From an uncultured Verrucomicrobiae bacterium (GTDB taxonomy: Bacteria > Verrucomicrobiota > Verrucomicrobiia > Chthoniobacterales > UBA10450): a stretch of DNA of 64,000 bases. The stretch lies in the NCBI GenBank assembly GCA_963772365.1, contig CAVYXA010000003.1, positions 416,001 through 480,000 on the forward strand, given 5' to 3'. Of this stretch, positions 57,552-64,000 are shown piece after piece; position 1 is the first letter of the stretch, and each line of letters starts with the position of its first letter. Made by a program: the position numbers and the translations under genes. Under the pieces are notes generated by a model, which worked only from the letters and a program-made list of their open reading frames with translations, ran no database searches and was not told the DNA's origin.

Positions 57552-60500
57552 TCATACAACTGGCGATTGCCGAAGTCTTTTCCACTCCTGCGCAAGTTCA
57601 TCGCCATGGTACGGCAGAATCTGACCTGCCGCGGTCGAATAGATTGCCGCCTCCACGGATCCAGTAGTGAGCTGGCTAAGCGCACGCCAATAACCTGCCA
57701 TCTGTGGTAAGTAAACTCCGCGTAACATGTCGATCTCTGCGCGATTCGTTTTCCAATCCAGAATGAACCATCTTTTCTTTTCCGGATGGCAGAGGGCAAG
57801 ATCGACAATTCCTTCCAGAGATTCTCGATCATCCATTCGCCAGAAAAATGGCATCTCTGCATGAACAACTGGCCTGTCACAGCCGAGTCGATCCGAGAAG
57901 TCCCCGAGCTTCGAGATTCGGTCGCGGAGTAATTTCCATTCCCTCGCCGAGCGCGTCATGTCCGGAGATTTGGGATGCATTTGCAAAAAGATTTCATCCC
58001 AGGCGGACGAATCGGAGCTCCAGGGAATCTGTTGCACAAACTCATGCCACCAGATTCCATAGCGCGTGGCCGGGTTTTCGATCCGCGGCGGACGCAATTC
58101 CGGCTCGATCTCCATCCAGATGTCTGGGTTTTCTTCCGGTTGCTTTTTCGGAGCGAATTTGCTCGGACTGACCGTGCGAATAAATCGCGCTGCGCTCCGT
58201 CCCGCATTGTCGATCCAACCGGTCTCACGTCGGCCAAGATTATTGTGAACCGGTTCAGCCGTGACCGCTCGTTGTCTCGTTTCTGTATCCGGGCATTCGC
58301 GGGCCTCTGATGAGAGGGAAGCCAGCGCCTGGCAATTGCATCCGGCATTGCCAGCACGCAACCATTCGATCTGCGAATCCGAGTGAAACTGACGTTTCGA
58401 TGTCAGAAACAAATCGTGATCGAACGCCAAAACCAGCGTGTGCCTGGCCCGGGTGAGTGCAACGTAAAGCAATCGCTCCATTTCCTGGCGATCCGTTTGT
58501 TTCACGCTTTCCTCTAGCTCGCTGAAATCCGTGCGATCGAACAGGAGTCGCGGTCCATTTGGGGTTCTGATCACGTACGGATAACGCGGCGAATTCATCC
58601 AAACTCTTCGGGTTAGAAACGGCGCGATCACTGCCTGCCACTCCGAGCCTTTGGCTTTATGCGAAGTGATTAGTTGAATCGCATCTTCCGACGATGGATT
58701 CGTTTCTCGAATCGTATGGAATTTCGTCCGCAGTTGCGCGGCGAAGTCGAACAGGGAAAGCCCACGCGCCTCTGCCGCGGCTGCGCGACTCAGCAAATTG
58801 TCCAGCTCCCAGCCGAGGTCGCCGAATTCCTCTCGCGGAAGGCAGCGCAATCTTTCCCGCAGTTGCGTTGTGCGAACAATTTCCTGGGTGGCGGTGAAGA
58901 GCGGTTGTCGGGCGATTGCATTGCGAATCCGAAACAAATTATTGAGAATGTCCTGCACGGCGCCGCGGCCGGCAGTTCGCTCTGCGATTTGAAATTTGGC
59001 ACCCTTACCTTCCGAAAATCGGGCGAGATCGTCATCGGAGAGACCGAACACTTCGCGAAGCACTCCAACAATTTCATAGCTTGCGTTCGGATCGATTAGG
59101 ATTGCCAGCAGCGCCGTCAACCAGGCATACGCGGGATTCTCGGCTTCGCGATCCGTCTCCGATTGGACTTCTACCGGAAGATCGACCTCCGTGAGCGCAT
59201 CTCGCAGTGAGCGGAGCCATGCTTTTCTCGGACAGAGGATGGCCACGTCTCGCCACGATTGCGCCCGCAATTTTTTCAGACCGGCGTCGCGTATCCATTT
59301 GGCAAGTTCTCGGGCTTCGATTGCCGCGCACTGGGCCTCGAGCAATTTAGGATCGACATCGCAGTGAAAATCGAGCCGGACGACTTGTCCGGGCAAGACA
59401 TCCGGGCGCGGATTCAATTCCACAAACTCAACTTGTCCATCCTGGTTGTTCAGGATTTCGCCGAAAGTTTGATTCGCGAAACCAAGCTGTTTTCGATCTA
59501 GCCGAAACGTGACCGAGAATTTCAACTCCTCCGCTGCCCCAGTTTTGACTAGCGATTGATGAAGCTCGCGGTAATGCCCCAGATCCGCCGGATCGCGATA
59601 AATCGATTGCTGAAAATCGCCGACCATGCAGAAATGGCCCGGACGCGGCGACGGCTGTAGATTCGAAGCGTTGGCAGATCCGGCAATTTGCAGCAGGACG
59701 AAAAATTGTTCGGGATCCGTGTCCTGTGCTTCATCCAGGATCACCCGATAGTTTTTCTCCCGGATACGCTGCACAACTTCCGGTCGCCGCAATAATTCCG
59801 ATGCCAGTGTAACCTGGTCGCGATATGTCACTAGCCCGCGTTCGAGTCGAAAATCGCGGTAATCGCGCTGGATCTCGCCCGCGACACAGAGCGCGCATGT
59901 ATTCACCCATTCGCGTAAAGGCCGAAACGCTTCGCGCCAGATCCGCACGAACTCGCGCGAATTCGTCACGCACGGCGGCCACGGCGCAAATTGATCATTG
60001 TCACGCCATCGCTTTTCCCAGCGTTTCAGTTCGGCCTGGGCAGTTGCGATCTTGGTCGCGCCTTTGATTCGCGCCGCATAAACCGCAGCAAAGTTTGTAT
60101 CAGGGCATGTGGTTTCTGGCTGGCCGCCGCTAAGATCGACATCGGCATTGCGCGCCAGCTCCATTAATTGCCGCACTCGCACGTGCCGCAAGAGGACTCG
60201 CCGATTCTCCTCGGTCAAGGAGCGCCCGATGGTGGCGTATTGTTGAACAAAGTGGTTCCACAAATCTTCGTCATCGGTGATCAACTCCAGATTCGCCGGA
60301 AGCCCGAGATAATGGCCGTGCGCGGCAAGCAGTTTCACGCAGAAGCTATGGATCGTCCCGAAAAATGCACGATTGAACGCTTCCATCACATCCAGCGATA
60401 AACCGGCCTCGAGAATCTGCTGACGGGCCCGCTGCTGCATCTCGTCTGCCGCCCGATTGGTGTATGTGACCACCACGAGCTGAGGCAGCCATTCCAGAGC

Positions 60501-60641
60501 CTGCCGGCTCCTGGCGATCTCCCAAATTCGATCCGTGATAGCGCGAGTTTTTCCTGAGCCAGCTGACGCAACCACGGAAAAATTTTTGTCCAGCTCGGAG
60601 GAGAAACGCTGGCGCATGATCTGGTCGGCGGTCTCGGTCAT
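57552..60641 (-). CDS. UvrD-type helicase with C-terminal RecB-like nuclease (AddA-like)
   Basis: ASAGSGKT, TIHSF, LDEAQD, VGDFQQSIY, TSHKAKG, LLYVALTRA, GIVDL…ILDWKT. Confidence 0.9.
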   Translation of the reverse strand: MTETADQIMRQRFSSELDKNFSVVASAGSGKTRAITDRIWEIARSRQALEWLPQLVVVTYTNRAADEMQQRARQQILEAGLSLDVMEAFNRAFFGTIHSFCVKLLAAHGHYLGLPANLELITDDEDLWNHFVQQYATIGRSLTEENRRVLLRHVRVRQLMELARNADVDLSGGQPETTCPDTNFAAVYAARIKGATKIATAQAELKRWEKRWRDNDQFAPWPPCVTNSREFVRIWREAFRPLREWVNTCALCVAGEIQRDYRDFRLERGLVTYRDQVTLASELLRRPEVVQRIREKNYRVILDEAQDTDPEQFFVLLQIAGSANASNLQPSPRPGHFCMVGDFQQSIYRDPADLGHYRELHQSLVKTGAAEELKFSVTFRLDRKQLGFANQTFGEILNNQDGQVEFVELNPRPDVLPGQVVRLDFHCDVDPKLLEAQCAAIEARELAKWIRDAGLKKLRAQSWRDVAILCPRKAWLRSLRDALTEVDLPVEVQSETDREAENPAYAWLTALLAILIDPNASYEIVGVLREVFGLSDDDLARFSEGKGAKFQIAERTAGRGAVQDILNNLFRIRNAIARQPLFTATQEIVRTTQLRERLRCLPREEFGDLGWELDNLLSRAAAAEARGLSLFDFAAQLRTKFHTIRETNPSSEDAIQLITSHKAKGSEWQAVIAPFLTRRVWMNSPRYPYVIRTPNGPRLLFDRTDFSELEESVKQTDRQEMERLLYVALTRARHTLVLAFDHDLFLTSKRQFHSDSQIEWLRAGNAGCNCQALASLSSEARECPDTETRQRAVTAEPVHNNLGRRETGWIDNAGRSAARFIRTVSPSKFAPKKQPEENPDIWMEIEPELRPPRIENPATRYGIWWHEFVQQIPWSSDSSAWDEIFLQMHPKSPDMTRSAREWKLLRDRISKLGDFSDRLGCDRPVVHAEMPFFWRMDDRESLEGIVDLALCHPEKKRWFILDWKTNRAEIDMLRGVYLPQMAGYWRALSQLTTGSVEAAIYSTAAGQILPYHGDELAQEWKRLRQSPVV

Positions 60642-63600
60642 GGGTTTTCCTCGCCTTCAATCGCCAGCGCAGGGTGCGTGAGCCCCCATTTTTCTTTCAG
60701 CAACTCCTGATCGATCGCGAGCGTCGCCAGCGGGTACGTGCGGGCAAATCCAAATTCCTGGTAAATCGGCCCGACCATTCCGAACACGCCGGTTTCCTGC
60801 ATCCGGTAAAGCTCGCACCAGAATTCCTTTTGTGCGTGGACATGGGATAAGTCGAACTGCGGTTCCAATTCATCCTCGAGACCGAGCAGCGTGAGCCGGA
60901 TATTCGACGCGCCAAGCGATTCGGCAGCCAAAGCATAAAGACCGAGCTGCACGCCGCGGCCTTTCACCAATTGCTTCCGAAATTTTTGTTCGTGCGATTC
61001 GTGGCGTCTGAGATCGCGCAGGTTAAAACCGCGTTGTCGTCCAGTCTTGTAATCGACAACCCAAAGGTCCGGAAAAGTAATCCGCGACGAATTCCGTTCG
61101 CCTCGTCCCAGAATCAGATCAATCCGGCCGCTCACATGCAGCGATTTGTTTTGCGCTAGAACAATATTCGTCGGCTTGTCCAGAGCCCATTCTGGTGCCA
61201 TGTGCGGCCAGTCTTCGTCGAGTCCCGACAATTTCAGCGTCAGGCAATCGGCTATATGAAGTGCATTGTTCCAGCCCGATACCCACCAGTCCGGCATTGG
61301 CTGGGAGCTTGCGGTGCACAGGTCGCTCACATCGTTCCGAAATCGGCGAGCATTCTCGATCATGCGCGCACGGATCTCTTCCACCTGGCACAGCTCGACA
61401 AACGCTTCGCTACTGGAACCGCGCACGCCATCGGCCAGCCAGCGATGCACCCATTGTCCTGTCGATGTTGCCCAGGCATCGGCATTTTCATCGGTAGGCT
61501 CAATCCCGAGGAAAACTTTCATCCAAACGATCGCGGGCGACTTGATCGCGGCTTCCCATTCGGTGACCCGCAAAGAAAGCTGTCGGTCGGGCGGTCTGCG
61601 CAGCGCAAATTCATATTCGCCGGCTTCGCGCAATTGCCGTCGCGCATCGAAAGCATATCGAGTCCGTCCTACGCTAATGGAATCCACCTTCTGCGCATCA
61701 ACCGGCGACCAATCTTTTAGCCATTCTCGCGTTAGTGCTTCCAGTGCGAGCAGGGTTCTCTGTGAAACACCTCGGCCCCGTGCGGTGAAGTAAAGACGCG
61801 AAAACAGCTCCGTCGGATTTGCGGTCCGGCTTGGGAATGATTCCGAATAGAGGTTCGCTGTCACTCCGATGCCAGCTGACGCCGATTCGATCAGATTCCG
61901 AAGTTGTCGATGTCGAATCTGGCGGCGCTCGCTCGATCCTAACAGCAGCGTTTTACCTTCATGGACGCTCCACTGACCTTCTCCATGCCGGCCGCGTTTT
62001 ACCGCCCGCCGGTTCAACTTCTTATTTTGGCGATTGAATTCGTCCACAGCCTGATCGCCCACGAATCCAAATTCGCTGTCGAAGGACGGCCATGCTTCTT
62101 CGTTCAATCCGGCGAAAATCAAGTGAGTCCAGGATTGGCCTTCCGCTTCCGAATAATGAAGCAGATGCACTTTGGCGTAGGGATGAGCTCCCAATTCATC
62201 ACGGTCGAGAGAGACCGCTCCGAGAATTTCGCCTAACCAGCGCAAATAGATACTTCTTGAGAAAGGTTGCGGGATGCGATCAGACCATTCGCGGCTGAGC
62301 CGTTCCACTTCGCTCCAATGCTGTTTCCACCCGAGCTGGCCGAAGGTCTTTCGAGTTTGAGCCAGAAATTCGGCGAACGGCGCGAGTGCGGAGAGAAATT
62401 GAATCTTCTCCAGACCGGTCGCGATGCCGGCTTTGTCGTCCGAGCGGGTGCAGAATTCGCGTAGGATGTCGATGTTATCTATCAGCACTTCCGCGTAAGC
62501 GCGGCGCAGTTTGTCCTCGATCTCGAAGATCGACAGATTGTCGAAAATCGTGGCGTCAGTTGCGCGCAGGAATCGAAAGAGAAATTTCAGCCGCGGATTT
62601 TGCTGAAGTGCCAGCCAGGATCGCCAGGCATCATCGTCGAAAACACTCGGCGTTAGATGCGCGATTCCGTCGTAGTGCGCAATCCCGGCCGACTCTAGAA
62701 ATTTCGCCACTAATCGCGGAAGCGCGCCGCTCTGCGGGAAGAGAACGCCAATACGGCTGGCATTTTCTTCATCAAGAAATTTTGCCGTTAGCGCGACAAC
62801 TGCCCGGGCCTGCTCACTCGTGTCTCGTCCCACCAGAAAGTAAACATTCTCGAGCGGATTTTCAGTGCGCTCCATTCTCTCCGATTCGGTTTCCGGCACC
62901 TGAAAAACTTGATTGGTTAAACCAGCAAAACTTGGCCGAGCACTTTCCGGTTCTGCAATTGGTTCAGCGGCGCCAAATGTTTCTTCCCATGTCCCAATCC
63001 AGGTTTCATCGAGATCGCGGGCTTCATCTCGCGGGTCGCTTAGGATCACTGTTGCCTCGGAAGAAGATTTCACCGCGGCCTGTAGCAGCGGCCAAAGCGG
63101 CCAGTGCGCGCCGTCAAACCCGATCACCAGCAAATTGGCAAAACGCGCCGGCGATGTTTCGGTGTTTGTGACAGCATCTCGATCGGCTTCGTGAACGAAA
63201 GCGAACCCGCAAGCGTGCGTGATTTGAGCAAATCGCTCCGCGATCTCGCGCAGATCGGGTTCGGCAATCTCTTCGAGCTGCCAACCGGCTGCGCTCAATT
63301 GATCGATCACGCGCAGAAAATGTTCCGGATCGCGCGCCACGGCTTTGGCAACGAGCGATTCTTTTTGTTCCTCTGCCGCGACCCCCAAAATGAGCCGCAA
63401 ATGCTCGCGCAACGGAATCTTTAAAGCGCGGTCACGTAGAAGAATTTCCCGGAGCTGTGCCGGCGAAAGAAATTTCACGGCCAGCAGAGACAGATCGGTG
63501 TTCAGAATCCTGCTCCGCAAGAAAGTGGCATAACTGCGAGAGGGAGTGATCACGGCCACGGGCAAAGAGTCTTCAGATGCTCTCGGCGCTACATTTTCGA

Positions 63601-63667
63601 ACCAATGCATCACCACGCTTTCCCAGGCGGCATCGGATGAACTGCTAAGATGGAGGGAAACGGCCAT
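60638..63667 (-). CDS. AddB-like protein: degenerate helicase-like region plus PD-(D/E)XK nuclease
   Basis: C-terminal SGRIDL…VVDYKTG…QLGLY; no Walker A; ATGA overlap with the AddA-like gene. Confidence 0.8.
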   Translation of the reverse strand: MAVSLHLSSSSDAAWESVVMHWFENVAPRASEDSLPVAVITPSRSYATFLRSRILNTDLSLLAVKFLSPAQLREILLRDRALKIPLREHLRLILGVAAEEQKESLVAKAVARDPEHFLRVIDQLSAAGWQLEEIAEPDLREIAERFAQITHACGFAFVHEADRDAVTNTETSPARFANLLVIGFDGAHWPLWPLLQAAVKSSSEATVILSDPRDEARDLDETWIGTWEETFGAAEPIAEPESARPSFAGLTNQVFQVPETESERMERTENPLENVYFLVGRDTSEQARAVVALTAKFLDEENASRIGVLFPQSGALPRLVAKFLESAGIAHYDGIAHLTPSVFDDDAWRSWLALQQNPRLKFLFRFLRATDATIFDNLSIFEIEDKLRRAYAEVLIDNIDILREFCTRSDDKAGIATGLEKIQFLSALAPFAEFLAQTRKTFGQLGWKQHWSEVERLSREWSDRIPQPFSRSIYLRWLGEILGAVSLDRDELGAHPYAKVHLLHYSEAEGQSWTHLIFAGLNEEAWPSFDSEFGFVGDQAVDEFNRQNKKLNRRAVKRGRHGEGQWSVHEGKTLLLGSSERRQIRHRQLRNLIESASAGIGVTANLYSESFPSRTANPTELFSRLYFTARGRGVSQRTLLALEALTREWLKDWSPVDAQKVDSISVGRTRYAFDARRQLREAGEYEFALRRPPDRQLSLRVTEWEAAIKSPAIVWMKVFLGIEPTDENADAWATSTGQWVHRWLADGVRGSSSEAFVELCQVEEIRARMIENARRFRNDVSDLCTASSQPMPDWWVSGWNNALHIADCLTLKLSGLDEDWPHMAPEWALDKPTNIVLAQNKSLHVSGRIDLILGRGERNSSRITFPDLWVVDYKTGRQRGFNLRDLRRHESHEQKFRKQLVKGRGVQLGLYALAAESLGASNIRLTLLGLEDELEPQFDLSHVHAQKEFWCELYRMQETGVFGMVGPIYQEFGFARTYPLATLAIDQELLKEKWGLTHPALAIEGEENP

Positions 63668-63692
63668 GCGAGGTTAATGATTTGCGCAGATT

Positions 63693-64000
63693 CTAACGCA
63701 AGGCTCGTTTGTCTCCCATTCTTTGCGTAATGCCGTCGCGATCGAGCCGCTCCAGGAGCGGCACCATGATTCGTCGGGAACTCTCCAGCGCTTTTCTTAA
63801 ATCACTCACTGTGCCCGAGCCGTTCCGAGAAAGAAATTCAGTCACTCGCGATTTCATTTTCTCAAAGTTTTCCCGGAGCAAGAGAATATCTGCGGAGATT
63901 TCGATTAGCTCTCCGTTCTGGATCAAGAACTGCAAGACCTGCTGCGAATCTCGATCCGGCGCGATCTCTTTGCGCGGCGGCGGATCGAATGGACTCTGCG
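63693..64000 (-). CDS. selB: Selenocysteine-specific elongation factor, C-terminal winged-helix part (5' end outside window)
   Basis: TVSDLRKALESSRRIMVPLLERLDRDGITQRMGDKR resembles the SelB WH4 SECIS-binding motif. Confidence 0.8.
   Translation of the reverse strand, partial: QSPFDPPPRKEIAPDRDSQQVLQFLIQNGELIEISADILLLRENFEKMKSRVTEFLSRNGSGTVSDLRKALESSRRIMVPLLERLDRDGITQRMGDKRALR

Noticed and set aside
612..62535. Interpreting TGTCGATCYT as the Chi site of the AddAB-like enzyme or as KOPS
   Set aside because: The orientation split is 19 versus 24 within one window, whereas Chi and KOPS are strongly strand-polarised; not excluded without whole-genome data.
1..64000. CRISPR array, prophage, integron, IS, rRNA or tRNA genes
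   Set aside because: No regularly spaced repeats, integrase/transposase or phage genes were seen; the only tRNA-like structure is the tmRNA.

Overview
Bacterial chromosomal window. Gene content and order suggest Verrucomicrobiota, probably a Chthoniobacterales-like soil lineage (inference from the MurC-MurB fusion and the LysM gene between murD and ftsW). In order it holds: a putative lipid/envelope cluster (1.3-9.2 kb); a nitrilase-family gene, MFS transporter and msrA; tmRNA; a complete dcw cluster from mraZ to ftsZ (13.9-33.0 kb); an M20 amidohydrolase; an aceB-aceA-aceK glyoxylate operon; a family-B DNA polymerase; yefM-yoeB; glycosyltransferases and rfbA; a MacAB/Lol-like exporter with two TolC genes; ino1; a sulfotransferase; an AddAB-like pair; and the 3' end of selB. 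Many single-base frameshifts, clustered at about 1.6-8 kb and 31.4-38.2 kb and including ftsA and ftsZ, look like sequencing indels rather than true pseudogenes. The most striking unexplained signal is a non-palindromic 10-mer, TGTCGATCYT, found 43 times by eye (about 1 per 1.5 kb). It occurs on both strands, in several reading frames, in intergenic DNA and inside tmRNA, resembling a DNA-uptake sequence or another highly iterated chromosomal signal. Also notable: a PolB with all three proofreading motifs degenerate and a 60-bp palindromic element inserted in frame, several REP-like elements, and an FtsZ with a non-canonical T7 loop. All calls come from reading the sequence; no searches were run.
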